Notes: a model not told the origin generated them from the letters alone. A stretch of 64,000 bases of DNA from Candidatus Bathyarchaeia archaeon (GCA_050108095.1 JBNIDO010000004.1:6469-70468); one strand, 5' to 3'; counted from the stretch's first letter, positions 46,810 through 56,897 are shown. Translations and numbers: made by a program.

Positions 46810-47006
46810 GAGTATCGCAAATTACTCGACGTCTAAATATAAAAACCTAAAGCCCAACCTTGGCAGGCTTCTTTGCCTAATTCAAGAGCTGCAACATCGA
46901 TTAGCTATAGAAATGCTGACTAGTTTCGCGAATTTTTGCATTTGAATTCACGCAACCCCTGAATGCTAAATGAGCAAGATACTCGGGATAAACACTCGCA
47001 AAAACA

Positions 47007-47134
47007 ATTTTCTATTATTAGAAGAAGACAGGATGCCCCTTGCTCATCTTCTTCTTGGAAATTGTGTGGGCGGCTGCATTTTACGTTTAGGCGCGTCGGC
47101 ATATTGCTGATTGGTTGTGGAGCAAGTACAAGCA
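47007..47134 (+). repeat. Dispersed element, full copy (AGAAGAAGA type)
   Basis: TTTTCTATTATTAGAAGAAGACAGGATGCCCCTTGCTCATCTTCTTCTT nearly identical to the reverse complement of 58414-58464; GGGCGGCTG..TTGGTTGTGGAGCAAGTACAAGC. Confidence 0.8.
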
Positions 47135-47230
47135 TAAAGAAGATGATTAAGAGCGCAAATCACCTGCCTTTTTGTCTCCACGGATTCCCTAAACAGTTAT
47201 TAGGTCTTTACTGCATGTTGAAACATCAAC

Positions 47231-48112
47231 ATGTCAAGCACCCCTGCAGTTTTTCCAGCCCATCACTCAGCAACCTCAAAGTACTACGGCTTAATCTTCC
47301 TCCTCATAATTGCAGTTCCAATAGGAATAATACTATACTTAACGTTGGAAGGGCCACTAATCTACTCCGTTTTCATGTTTGGCATTCTCTTGGGAGTCTT
47401 GGCTTTGCTGTCATACTTTGTTGTAGCGGGTGGAAACACACGTTATGAACTTTCAGCAAAAGCTTTGAGAGTCAATTTTGGGCTTCTAAGAAAAACAGTC
47501 GATTATACCCGAATAGACAAGGTGGAGGTCGTTAATCTTGGCCTTTCGCTTCGGCTCTTTGGTGCTAGTTTGCCTGGTTTCCACTGGGGGCTATTTAGGA
47601 CCAGCGTTGGGAGCCTTCACGTTTATGCGACAAAAATTTCAGGTGACTTTGTGGTTTTGACTTTGGCTGATGGAGAAAAACTTGCGCTCTCACCCCAGAA
47701 TCCTCAACGGTTACTTGAGGCGCTTGAACAAAATCGTTCTCTGTTTGGCCGCCAAAACCCGCGGGAGATAGAGAGTCGAGAAGAGGCGCTAAAGAGGATT
47801 CTTTACTTGCAGGTTATTGCTGTAACTGCTGCGTATTTGGCTGTTCTATGCTACTTCTTGTGGGTCTATGTGTCTCTGCCTCAGATTGTTCCTCTGCATT
47901 TTGGGTTTGACGGTGTCCCAAACCGTTTCGGCGACAAATCAGAATTACTGTGGCTAGCTGGAATCTTGGTGGCTTTGCCAGTTATCAATGCTGTCTTAAC
48001 TTTAAAGTTCGGGAAGCATGAGCGAGGGTTTGTTCTTTTACTTGGCGCCATATTCATAGTGGTTACTGCAGTGTTCTTCTACGTCATCCAAAACATCGTC
48101 GCCTTGGCATAA
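47231..48112 (+). CDS. Membrane protein with bacterial PH domain and DUF1648-like region
   Basis: LRLFGASLPGFHWGLFR..LSPQNP; LPQIVPLHFGFDGVPNRFGDK. Confidence 0.8.
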   Translation: MSSTPAVFPAHHSATSKYYGLIFLLIIAVPIGIILYLTLEGPLIYSVFMFGILLGVLALLSYFVVAGGNTRYELSAKALRVNFGLLRKTVDYTRIDKVEVVNLGLSLRLFGASLPGFHWGLFRTSVGSLHVYATKISGDFVVLTLADGEKLALSPQNPQRLLEALEQNRSLFGRQNPREIESREEALKRILYLQVIAVTAAYLAVLCYFLWVYVSLPQIVPLHFGFDGVPNRFGDKSELLWLAGILVALPVINAVLTLKFGKHERGFVLLLGAIFIVVTAVFFYVIQNIVALA

Positions 48113-48412
48113 TAGCCTTAATGTTCCTTGTACAGGCGACCCCAAACCCGCTTTCGTCAGGTTCTCTACACTAAACATGGATGCCCCAGAAATTGCGGAG
48201 GATACATGGTTGCTGTGATGTCTTTCTTATCGAGAATAGTTGGAAGGGTAACTGGTCAGTGGCATTTCATGCTTGAAAAGGAAAACGCTGAGCAAATAGT
48301 GTACATAATAGGTTGATAATTTAGCTGTAATCATAGTATTGTTCTATTATTTGTTGCATATTAAGCAGAACAACAAAAGTTTAAACGCATATCTTTCCTA
48401 TCCTTCAAACTG

Positions 48413-48733
48413 GTGAAGAGCTTGACTTTTGGAAGAAAAAACAAAATTGTATTCGCCCTCGGTTCAACCCTAGCATCAGCGCTTATTCTATTCTCCTTAA
48501 GCTTATCAGTGGCACAAACGCAAACTCCATTTCCAACGACCCTCACCCCGAACGTCACAAGCGCATCGCCAAACGCAAGCTCCAATTTCACTTCCCCCGG
48601 TGACATCGGAGTTCCACATGATACCGCTGGTCCTTCACCGACAATCCCAGAACTAAGCCTCGGAATTGCTCTCCTCACCATAGTGGCGGCTGCAACGGTG
48701 AGCGTTGTATTGGCTAAATATAAGAAACGATAA
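48413..48733 (+). CDS. Small secreted Thr/Ser/Pro-rich protein with PEF-CTERM-like tail
   Basis: Signal peptide; IPEL + TM + KYKKR. Confidence 0.6.
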   Translation: MKSLTFGRKNKIVFALGSTLASALILFSLSLSVAQTQTPFPTTLTPNVTSASPNASSNFTSPGDIGVPHDTAGPSPTIPELSLGIALLTIVAAATVSVVLAKYKKR

Positions 48734-48952
48734 AATCAAATCAGGGCTGAACTCCTTTCTTTTTCTGTTTTTTGTTGAAACGAAATTTATAAACAAAAGT
48801 ACCTGCACACATTTTGTACAGGTATCTTTCCATGGAGCTAACACCTTATTTCCCCGTTTTCGTGGTTGAGGTGCGAATTGAGTTGGAAGCCAAGCAAGTC
48901 AAAGTGAATTCTCAAAAATTGGTTAGTGAAAAGTTCGGTAAGATAGAAGAAG

Positions 48953-49027
48953 CGGGTCCGACGGGAGTTGAACCCGCGACCCTCGGATTAAAAGTCCGAT
49001 GCTCTAGCCTGACTGAGCTACGGACCC
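48953..49027 (-). tRNA. tRNA-Lys (UUU), no intron
   Basis: GGGTCCG/CGGACCC acceptor stem; TCGGA-CTTTTAA-TCCGA anticodon arm; GGTTCAACTCC T-loop. Confidence 0.96.
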
Positions 49028-49119
49028 GCGCTCGTTTTTGTTGCGGCTGATAGAACAATACAAAGTGCTTTTTTAGTATTTCGATTGGGATGCGTAAAAA
49101 AGAAGTGGTTGAGGGTGTT

Positions 49120-49479
49120 TTAAGCCCTCAGTATGGTTGCCATGAAGCCTCTGATTTTTTCGTGTGAGTTAAGTATGGTTTCGATTGTTCGGGCGCCTTT
49201 GTCTGTTAGTTTGTAGACGCGTTTGCGTTCGATCCAGATGCCTTCGACTAAGCCGTTTCGCTCCAGCGAGTAGAGAAGGGAGTAGACTGTGCCGGAGCTG
49301 ACGAGGTAGTGGAATTTGGTGTGGATGAAGCTTATAACGTCGTAGCCGCTGATGGGTCCGTTTCTGAGTTCAGACATTATGATAGTGTCTAGGAAACTTT
49401 TGATTACGCGTTCGTTCATTTTTTTGATTATTCGGGCTTCGGATTTTTCCCCGTTGACTGTTATTGTTAGTGCTACCAT
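49120..49479 (-). CDS. PadR-family transcriptional regulator
   Basis: GYDVISFI..VSSGTVYSLLYSLERNGLV..RVYKLTDKG. Confidence 0.9.
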   Translation of the reverse strand: MVALTITVNGEKSEARIIKKMNERVIKSFLDTIIMSELRNGPISGYDVISFIHTKFHYLVSSGTVYSLLYSLERNGLVEGIWIERKRVYKLTDKGARTIETILNSHEKIRGFMATILRA

Positions 49480-49875
49480 GCTTGCACGCTCATGTCTTCT
49501 TTATTCATATTTAGATATTTAAATTTTATCTGAATTCGAACTGAAATATTGTTACAGAATTGAAAATGTTTAAACGTGACTAGCTATCTCTAAGTTGTCT
49601 GTCAACCATTAAAAAGCGGGTAAAACGTTGCTGCTTATACCTACATATTGCTCTGTTCAGCGCAAAAAGTTGACATAAATGTGTGTGCTCCAACCCATAA
49701 AAATCGAAAAATTTTATCGCAAAAGTATACATAAATGCCTCTCCAAACAGCTAGTTTTTACTACTAAACCGCAGTTTTTCAGCAGCCACGACCGATTTTA
49801 ATAGTGACCGATATATGTGCATGTTAACAAACGTTATCTTACATTTTGACCCTACAAACCTGCGGTGTTAAATAA

Positions 49876-51549
49876 TTGATTTCATGGAAATACACGTTTA
49901 AGCGTATAAACGAAGAATACGAAATCGCCACCAAGAAGAAGCAGGCCCTAGATAACCTCTGCGCTTCAGGCAAGATTTCACAAGCAACCCACGACTCATT
50001 CACAAGCGACATCGTTAAAGCCATAGCCGAGCTTGAAAACCAACGCAAAGACCTCGGAGAGAAAATGCAGGCAAAAACACTCGAGCTTGAAGGGCAACTT
50101 AAAACGCTCGAAATGTTGCTTGCCAACTACGAAATCCAACATGTCGTAGGCGAAATTGATGACGAAATTTACACTCGCGAAATTAACCTTCTAGCAACTA
50201 CCCTTGAAACAACCAAGAATGAATTAGGCACAATCAGAGAGGCGACTAGTCAACTTTTCACTTCCCCCAAACCAATAGAAGCTCCAGTAGCGGCTGAACC
50301 AGTCGCTGAAGCTGCGCCCGTACAATCAACCCCCGTTGAAGTTCCAGTTGAAACTGCCACAATCGCACCCGCAATCGTGGAAACAGTGCCAGCTGCCGAA
50401 CCTACATCAGTTGAAATAGCGCCAGCCGAAGCACCAGTCGAACCTGCCCCAGTTGAAGCCGCCCCGATAGAAGCTGCACCCATAGAGGCTCCAGTTGAGG
50501 CAGCCCCCGTAGAAGCAGCTCCAATCGAAACCGCTCCAGTTGAAGCCCCCGTTGAGTCTGCACCGGTTGAGTGCGCTCCCGCAGAAATAGCAATAGTTGA
50601 AACACCCATCGAAGAAGCCCCAATCGAAGCACCCGTAGTTGAAGCCGCTCCAATCGAAGAAACCGCCCCCGCAATTGAAACCCCGGTTGAAGCAGCACCA
50701 ATTGAAGCTGCGCCCATAGAGACCACTGTTGAGGCAGCCCCAGTAGAGGAGCCAATCGTGGAAGCTCCAATTGAAGAAGCTGCTCCAGTAGAAACCTCCA
50801 TCGAAACAGCAACAGTTGAAACACCTGCAATCGAGGAAGCACCTGTCGCTGAAGCTCCAGTTGTCGAGTCAGCCCCCGTGGAATTGCCAGTTGAAACCGC
50901 CCCAGTTGAGGCTACACCAGTCGAAACAGAAACAGCGCCAGAAACCGAAGCGCCGGTAGCACTCGAAACTCCAGTCATCGAGACTCCAGTCGTTGAAGCC
51001 GCCCCTGAATCAGCGGAAGAAACTCCAATCGCCTCCGCAGAGGAAGAAATACAAATCATCGCCGAGCCAGCCGCAGAAGCAGTATTCGATGAACCAATCA
51101 TCGAGGAAGCACCTGCCACTGAACTAGTAGCAGAAGCAGCCCCAATTGAAGAGCCAATCGTGGAAGCTTCAGTTGAAGAAGCCGCTCCAGTTGAGACTCC
51201 ACTCGTTGAAGAAGCTCCAGCAGTCGAAGAAACCCCTATGGAAACTGCAACTCAAGAAATCATTGAAGACGCTCCAGCTGAAGTGATAGCTGAAGCCCCC
51301 GCAGAACCAGTTGTCGAGGCTCCTTTGCAATCATTCGAAGTTACCGAGCATACTTCAACAGAAATCACCCTTGATAAAGCATTAGAAGAAGCAACAATTG
51401 TAGAGCAACTTCAGCCAGTTATCGTGGAGGAGGTCCACGTGCCAGCCCACCCTACAGAAGCGCCCGAGCAGGCGCCTTCAGAAGAGACCGCAGAGGCAGA
51501 CCAATCCCCCCAAGCAGAAGAAAGCGACGAAAGCACCACAACTAATTAA
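49876..51549 (+). CDS. CdvA-like coiled-coil protein with long acidic Pro/Ala/Glu/Val repeat tail
   Basis: N-terminal KKKQALDNL..GKISQ..LEMLLANYEIQHVVGEIDDE; tail of EAAPI/EAPV units. Confidence 0.75.
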   Translation: MISWKYTFKRINEEYEIATKKKQALDNLCASGKISQATHDSFTSDIVKAIAELENQRKDLGEKMQAKTLELEGQLKTLEMLLANYEIQHVVGEIDDEIYTREINLLATTLETTKNELGTIREATSQLFTSPKPIEAPVAAEPVAEAAPVQSTPVEVPVETATIAPAIVETVPAAEPTSVEIAPAEAPVEPAPVEAAPIEAAPIEAPVEAAPVEAAPIETAPVEAPVESAPVECAPAEIAIVETPIEEAPIEAPVVEAAPIEETAPAIETPVEAAPIEAAPIETTVEAAPVEEPIVEAPIEEAAPVETSIETATVETPAIEEAPVAEAPVVESAPVELPVETAPVEATPVETETAPETEAPVALETPVIETPVVEAAPESAEETPIASAEEEIQIIAEPAAEAVFDEPIIEEAPATELVAEAAPIEEPIVEASVEEAAPVETPLVEEAPAVEETPMETATQEIIEDAPAEVIAEAPAEPVVEAPLQSFEVTEHTSTEITLDKALEEATIVEQLQPVIVEEVHVPAHPTEAPEQAPSEETAEADQSPQAEESDESTTTN

Positions 51550-51607
51550 ACACCCCTAACTTTTCTTTTTTATTTATTTTAAAGAAAGCCTTTTTGGTTA
51601 TTTTTTA

Positions 51608-52480
51608 TTAGGGTAATCGGGATGCTACGGCGCCGATTATCAGGCGCTCCGAGAATCCTGAGACGAACGCTAACGCAAAAATCAAGTAGATACTGACCGT
51701 TAAATCGGCTACTTGAACTAGCCCTGCAATGATGAAGATTGCTATTATGATGGCGGCTGCAAACCCTATGATGGGCTTAGCGATGGTCATCCATTTGTTA
51801 AGTAACCGTTCTGGAGTGTCGCTTTTTAGCGCAAAGGCTTCTTTTAATCCAAGCAAGCCGCTGATAGCTCCGCCTGAGCCTCCCAGTAGACCTATGGTGA
51901 ACCAAAACATCCAGTTTCCAGTGGGCACTGCTCCGGCGCTGGGCACCAGCGTTAGAGTGATTATGGATGCTACACTTAATGCTAACGCAATCACCGTTAA
52001 GATGGCGAGTTGTTGCATCGTCAACTCCAAGTAGATGTATTTGTTGTTGTAGTAGTTCTGCACGATTCTTCTGCATTCAACTACGTTATCCAGTTTTATG
52101 GGTGAGACAAGTTTCCAGCCGCCGCTCCCAGAATCCTGCCCTATCAGCCTGCGGATGTTCTGCTTGGCACCTTCACTTAGCATGGCTGTGTCTTCATAGA
52201 GGAGTTTTCCAGCTTTTGCATCAACCTCGGCGGGATCCATCAATTGATATGTGACGAGTTCAGCGTCATAGTACAGTGCCCAAGCATTCTGGGTTCTGCC
52301 CTCTTTGAGTTCAGCTCGGGATTTGTTGACATACAGAAGTGCTTTTTGTGCAACGGATACATTGGTTGGTGCAGGCGGGTTTTTGATGTATTGATCTAGA
52401 AACTCTTCTAACGGCGCTAGTTCTAGTTCGAGTTGCTTCTGGGATGTAGATTTGAGCCAATTCCACTCCGGTAGCTTCAA
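51608..52480 (-). CDS. Hypothetical membrane protein (helical N-domain plus 4 TM, C-terminal GFSER)
   Basis: GLLGGSGGAISG..KPIIGFAAA..FVSGFSERL. Confidence 0.7.
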   Translation of the reverse strand: MKLPEWNWLKSTSQKQLELELAPLEEFLDQYIKNPPAPTNVSVAQKALLYVNKSRAELKEGRTQNAWALYYDAELVTYQLMDPAEVDAKAGKLLYEDTAMLSEGAKQNIRRLIGQDSGSGGWKLVSPIKLDNVVECRRIVQNYYNNKYIYLELTMQQLAILTVIALALSVASIITLTLVPSAGAVPTGNWMFWFTIGLLGGSGGAISGLLGLKEAFALKSDTPERLLNKWMTIAKPIIGFAAAIIIAIFIIAGLVQVADLTVSIYLIFALAFVSGFSERLIIGAVASRLP

Positions 52481-52606
52481 GTTAACCCTCTGTTTGCCAG
52501 GTTCTCTATTGAAGAGTTGTGGTTTACAAACTTTTCTACGCTTGCTCGCTAGCTACTTGTAGCGCTTCCGCAAAACACAAAAAGACCTTTCCCCTGACAT
52601 ACAATC

Positions 52607-53353
52607 ATGACAACTCCAAACCATATCTGCCTGTGGCTTGATGAATTAAGCACCCAAGAAGTCGCCCAAGCCGCAAAAGACGGCAAAATCATAATTTTCC
52701 CCTTAGGCAGCGTTGAAGAACACGGAGACCACTTGCCACTGTGCACAGACAGCATTCAACCCGAATACATCGCACTCGAAGTCGCCAAGAGAACCGGCTG
52801 CTTGGTTGCGCCGTCCCTCCGCTATGGCATCTGCAACGCCACCCGCAACTTCCCAGGAACCCTCACCATTCAGTTCGACACCCTCTACCGATTGGCGCAC
52901 GACGTCCTCAGTGAGCTTGTTCGGAATGGCTTTAAAAAAATAATCGTTATGAGCGGTCACGCAGGCAACTCCCACATGGTGGCGTTGCGGCTCGCTGCAC
53001 AGGACATAGTAGTAGCTAACGACGACAAAGGCGAGAAGGTCAGGATTTTGGTGCTGTCGGACTTTGATTTTGCAGAAGAATTAACGCCCGAGTATGCTTC
53101 TCTGGAAGATGGCCACGCTGGCACCTTAGAGACTTCAAGGGTGATGGCGATTAAGCCAGAACTCGTCAAAGGCAAAGGCACAGCGGCAATGTGGAATATG
53201 CCGCGTTTCGAGGTGGTTGCGCATCCGGAGCTGGGTTTTCCAAGCGGAGTCAACGGCGACCCAACAAAGGCTTCTGCTGAGAAAGGAGAAAAAATCAACC
53301 AGTACATTATCGGAAAAGTTGTTGGACTGGTTCAATCCTTAGTTGAGGGGTAA
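52607..53353 (+). CDS. Creatininase-family amidohydrolase
   Basis: PLGSVEEHGDHLPLCTD, FPGTL, GHAGN, DGHAGTLETS, GDPTKASAEKG. Confidence 0.92.
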   Translation: MTTPNHICLWLDELSTQEVAQAAKDGKIIIFPLGSVEEHGDHLPLCTDSIQPEYIALEVAKRTGCLVAPSLRYGICNATRNFPGTLTIQFDTLYRLAHDVLSELVRNGFKKIIVMSGHAGNSHMVALRLAAQDIVVANDDKGEKVRILVLSDFDFAEELTPEYASLEDGHAGTLETSRVMAIKPELVKGKGTAAMWNMPRFEVVAHPELGFPSGVNGDPTKASAEKGEKINQYIIGKVVGLVQSLVEG

Positions 53354-53387
53354 CTGAAAAAAAGAAAGTGGGAATGCGATTTTCTTT

Positions 53388-53555
53388 TTATTTCTTGGGT
53401 TTTTCAGATGTCTTGGATGCAGAGGATTTAGCGGGCTTCATGGGTTCTTGGCAGCAGATTAACTCGCATGTTTCGTCGCATTCACAGGGGTTTTCAACGA
53501 CCACAACAAGACCGCATTCTTCACATTCATACCGTTCACCTTTTTTTCTTGCCAA
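53388..53555 (-). CDS. Small desulforedoxin-like Cys-rich protein
   Basis: YECEECGLVVVV..PCEC..TC..ICCQEPM; TTG start with AAGGTGA SD. Confidence 0.75.
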   Translation of the reverse strand: MARKKGERYECEECGLVVVVENPCECDETCELICCQEPMKPAKSSASKTSEKPKK

Positions 53556-53647
53556 AAAATCACCTTCTAAAAACAGCTCTAACATAAAAATGGTAAATTA
53601 ACAATATAAATTTCACGTAAACCCAAAGCAACAAATCCTATCCCAAT

Positions 53648-53779
53648 CTGCTTGTAGTTTGTTCCACAACCAGCTTGCAATACGTTTTCGTTGCAGAAGC
53701 AAAAAAGCAACCGCCCACACAGCCCCCGAGAAGATGATGAGCAAGGGCAAAACTCTCTTCTTCTAATACTAGAAAAACC
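53648..53779 (-). repeat. Dispersed element, full copy (AGAAGAAGA type)
   Basis: Minus strand TTTTTCTAGTATTAGAAGAAGAG..CTCATCATCTTCT..GGGCGGTTGCTTTTTTGCTTCTGCAAC..TTGCAAGCTGGTTGTGGAACAAACTACAAGC. Confidence 0.8.
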
Positions 53780-53860
53780 AAAGCCACGTTTGATTCCTGT
53801 TTCATAAGTTTGTTGCCAGTCAAACTTATTAGCCAACAAACCAATACATGGATGATTCCT

Positions 53861-54598
53861 ATGCCTCAATGTGTTAAATGCGGCTCACAAATTCAGTCTA
53901 ACACCAAGTTTTGCGGCAACTGCGGCGCCGCCCAACCCACCTCACCAAACTCACCCGCTCCCCCACCACTCCAACCCAACTGTTACCCGCCACCACAAAC
54001 CCCTTACCCACCGCCACCTCCACCGCCCGACATGAACCCGCATTCTCAGTTTCCTCCTCCGCCCCAGTCGACGGCGCAGACAACTCAAACTGGCGGTGAA
54101 TCCATCGTCGGCGTCATAGTGTTAAGGAAACCCAAGTCGCTGGGAAGATACGATTCCTATGCAGGAGTATTGACCGCTCAACGGTTGATTTTCGCGCAGT
54201 TAACCAGCGAGATGCTTAGTGCAGCGGCTATGCAGGCCAAAGAGCAGGCTAAAGCAGAGGGCAAAGGCTTCTTTGGGCAATGGGCACAGCAAATCAAAGG
54301 CGCCTCCAACTACGCCGACCGATTCATAACGATGCATCCTCAGGCGATACTTGCTGAGACTCCGGGGAACTTTGAATTGGGGAACAATGCGATTAGCCAA
54401 ATTAAATTTCACCTTAAAGGAGACCGCGATGATAATTATCGGCAATATTTTGAAGTAGAGATTAAGTCCAGCGCGGGAACCTACAAGTATCATATGGATG
54501 AAAACAGCGCCTACACCGATGTTCTGAAGCGCGTGTTTGGCGACCGCGTGAAAATGCCGTTTGGCTACTTCTCAAAAACCGTGAACATAAAATTCTAA
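53861..54598 (+). CDS. Zinc-ribbon protein with Pro-rich linker and PH-like C-domain
   Basis: CVKCG..KFCGNCGA; poly-Pro linker; start moved to ATG 53861. Confidence 0.75.
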   Translation: MPQCVKCGSQIQSNTKFCGNCGAAQPTSPNSPAPPPLQPNCYPPPQTPYPPPPPPPDMNPHSQFPPPPQSTAQTTQTGGESIVGVIVLRKPKSLGRYDSYAGVLTAQRLIFAQLTSEMLSAAAMQAKEQAKAEGKGFFGQWAQQIKGASNYADRFITMHPQAILAETPGNFELGNNAISQIKFHLKGDRDDNYRQYFEVEIKSSAGTYKYHMDENSAYTDVLKRVFGDRVKMPFGYFSKTVNIKF

Positions 54599-54719
54599 AC
54601 AGCAGCCATATTTTTCTTGTTTTTAAACATTTTTTCCCTATAATGTATGGGCAAGTGATACAGAGTTTAACAAAGCTTATATGTTCAGCAACTGAATAAG
54701 CGCTTAGCAGGCATGGAGT

Positions 54720-55040
54720 ATGAAAGGAGCATTAGTATTCCTAATAGTCTTTGCCATACTTGTCGTTTTAACCTTGGGCAGTATCGCTATTCCACCTGGA
54801 CAAGCCATCTACAACGCTGTTTTACCCGGAACTGAAGCAGCTGCAGGCTACCTGGTCGGCGGAGCAGTCGACGCAATCACCGCCATAATCGCAGTCTTCA
54901 ACGGCGTCATCTATGGAGTCATCGCATGGGTTATCTTCACTGTCGTCATGATGGCAACCCGCAAAGACAAGAAAAACAATGTTAACGTCAACGTAACCGT
55001 TAACAACCATCCGAACCCGCCGCCTCAACCATCAGAATAA
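54720..55040 (+). CDS. Hypothetical membrane protein
   Basis: 2 TM helices, Asn/Pro-rich tail. Confidence 0.7.
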   Translation: MKGALVFLIVFAILVVLTLGSIAIPPGQAIYNAVLPGTEAAAGYLVGGAVDAITAIIAVFNGVIYGVIAWVIFTVVMMATRKDKKNNVNVNVTVNNHPNPPPQPSE

Positions 55041-55144
55041 ACGGCAAACCCATCCTTTTTTTCTCTTAATCTATCTACGCTAACTAGGGAATTATTTTAC
55101 AGAAACAGTTAAAGTCACAGAAAAGAATCCTATACTGTGATTTT

Positions 55145-55573
55145 ATGCGGTTTTTTACGGTAACAGACCAATCTAGCATTCAACACAAAATACTTGTGGT
55201 ACCCCTCAAACAGGACGAGCTAAACGAAGTCGTTGGGCAATGCCAAAAATGCATACCCACAATTACAGTTTCTTCGATAATGCAGATGGGACATGTCTAC
55301 GTAATTTTCGATTTTGGGGCAGACGCATGGAAAACCGCGGTTCCGCTTGACGAGAAATCTGAAGACGGTCACCGAATCGGCGACGAATTAGCTGTCGGCG
55401 ACGTTTTAAACGTGATTTTAACCGCTGAACCAAACGCTCTGCAGATTAGCGGAGAAAAAGTCTACATGAACGTGCCAGTAGAAAGTGTGTTAGCGTTTAG
55501 TTTCCTCTACGACGCAGAAATTGCGGAGAGCTATGCCCTCTTAAAAATGATGCAGCAGCCAAAAGCAGAATAA
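55145..55573 (+). CDS. Hypothetical protein
   Basis: 142-aa ORF, no motif recognised. Confidence 0.55.
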   Translation: MRFFTVTDQSSIQHKILVVPLKQDELNEVVGQCQKCIPTITVSSIMQMGHVYVIFDFGADAWKTAVPLDEKSEDGHRIGDELAVGDVLNVILTAEPNALQISGEKVYMNVPVESVLAFSFLYDAEIAESYALLKMMQQPKAE

Positions 55574-55575
55574 GC

Positions 55576-56226
55576 TTAGCCTAAGAAGCGTTTGAACCAC
55601 TCGGCTGAGAATTTCGCGACTTCTTCAAGTTTGCCTGGCTCCTCAAACAGGTGCGTCGCCGCGGGGACAATGACAAGTTTGTTTTCGTTAGTCATTTGGC
55701 TCTGTGCTTGCTTGTTAAGTTCAATGACTTCTTCATCATATCCGCCGACCAACATCAGCGTCGGTGCCCTAACATCCGCCAAGTAATCACCCGCTAAATC
55801 GGGGCGTCCACCGCGGGAGACCACCGCTGAAACCTCCTCGGGCAGTTTAGCCGCTGCAATCAAAGCAGCCGCCGCACCAGTGGATGCGCCGAAGTAGCCT
55901 ATCTTCAAATTGCGCGTGGAGGGGTCGTTTCGCAGCCACTGTGTTGTGCCAACCAGCCGTGCTGCTAGCAACGGTATGTTGAAGCGGTATTCTGCGGTTA
56001 GCTCGTCCTCTTCTTCTTCGCCAGGCGTTAGCAAATCAAACAGCAGTGTGCCCATGCCTGCCTTGTTGAATTCTTTGGCGACATACTGGTTACGTGGGCT
56101 AAAACGGCTGCTGCCACTGCCATGCGCAAACACCACTATCCCGCCGGTGCCCGAGGGCAAAAACAGGTTACCTTCAACTTCGACGTTGCCTACGGGAATT
56201 TTTATGGCTGACTCCATACTGGTCAT
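55576..56226 (-). CDS. Dienelactone hydrolase-like alpha/beta hydrolase
   Basis: VFAHGSGSSRFSPRN, GYFGASTGAAAA, VSRGGRPDL, ATHLFEEPG. Confidence 0.9.
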   Translation of the reverse strand: MTSMESAIKIPVGNVEVEGNLFLPSGTGGIVVFAHGSGSSRFSPRNQYVAKEFNKAGMGTLLFDLLTPGEEEEDELTAEYRFNIPLLAARLVGTTQWLRNDPSTRNLKIGYFGASTGAAAALIAAAKLPEEVSAVVSRGGRPDLAGDYLADVRAPTLMLVGGYDEEVIELNKQAQSQMTNENKLVIVPAATHLFEEPGKLEEVAKFSAEWFKRFLG

Positions 56227-56897
56227 TATGCAACCACCCCCTTCTGCTTTGATGCCATCTCTTGTCTGTTCTCTTTTAGCAGCTCGATGACTTCCTCGTC
56301 AGTGGTCTGCGAGAAGTCGCTGTAGAATTGCCCGATGGCCTGAAAATACTCAGGCATATATGGACAGACCACTCGGTCGGCGAGGCGTTTGAGTTCCTCT
56401 ATGGTTGAGGGAGGACCCACGGGGATAGCGACGGTTATGGTGGCGGTGCCCCGGTTTTTGAGCGAAGCCAAGGCGGCTTTCATGGTTGAACCTGTTGCTA
56501 TGCCATCGTCGACGACGATGACGTCTTGCCCTTTGAGGTTGGGTGCCTCCGCCCCTTGCCGGTAGCGATTGAGTCTGCGCTGGATTTCTTTTTTCTGCCG
56601 CTCGCTTTCCTCGGATATGTACTCTCTACTGACGCCCATGTATGCTATGAGGGTTTGGTCGAGTATGGCTGTGCCGTCTTCTGCGATGGCGCCGATGGCT
56701 AATTCTGGGTTGTCGGGTGCACCGAGTTTATGGGGGATTATGATGTCAAGCGGTAGGTTGAGTGCCTGCGCAATTTCATAGCCTAAGACGACTCCGCCGC
56801 GAGGAATGGCCAGCACAATCGCATTTTTTCTCTCGAAATCTTTGAGTTCGGCGGCTAAACGCCTGCCTGCGTCGGCACGGTCAGAATAATAAGTCAT
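56226..56897 (-). CDS. Type I phosphoribosyltransferase family protein
   Basis: DRADAGRRLA, LAIPRGGV, VIVVDDGIATGST, AIGQFY. Confidence 0.92.
   Translation of the reverse strand: MTYYSDRADAGRRLAAELKDFERKNAIVLAIPRGGVVLGYEIAQALNLPLDIIIPHKLGAPDNPELAIGAIAEDGTAILDQTLIAYMGVSREYISEESERQKKEIQRRLNRYRQGAEAPNLKGQDVIVVDDGIATGSTMKAALASLKNRGTATITVAIPVGPPSTIEELKRLADRVVCPYMPEYFQAIGQFYSDFSQTTDEEVIELLKENRQEMASKQKGVVA

Noticed and set aside
39741-49027. Integrated element anchored at the tRNA-Lys 3' end
   Set aside because: The region looks accessory, but I found no integrase and no duplicate of the tRNA 3' end by eye; a proper repeat search could revisit this.
50250-51119. 289-aa antisense ORF (and 50402-50842)
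   Set aside because: Shadow of the repeat-rich sense gene; its low-complexity codons lack reverse stops.
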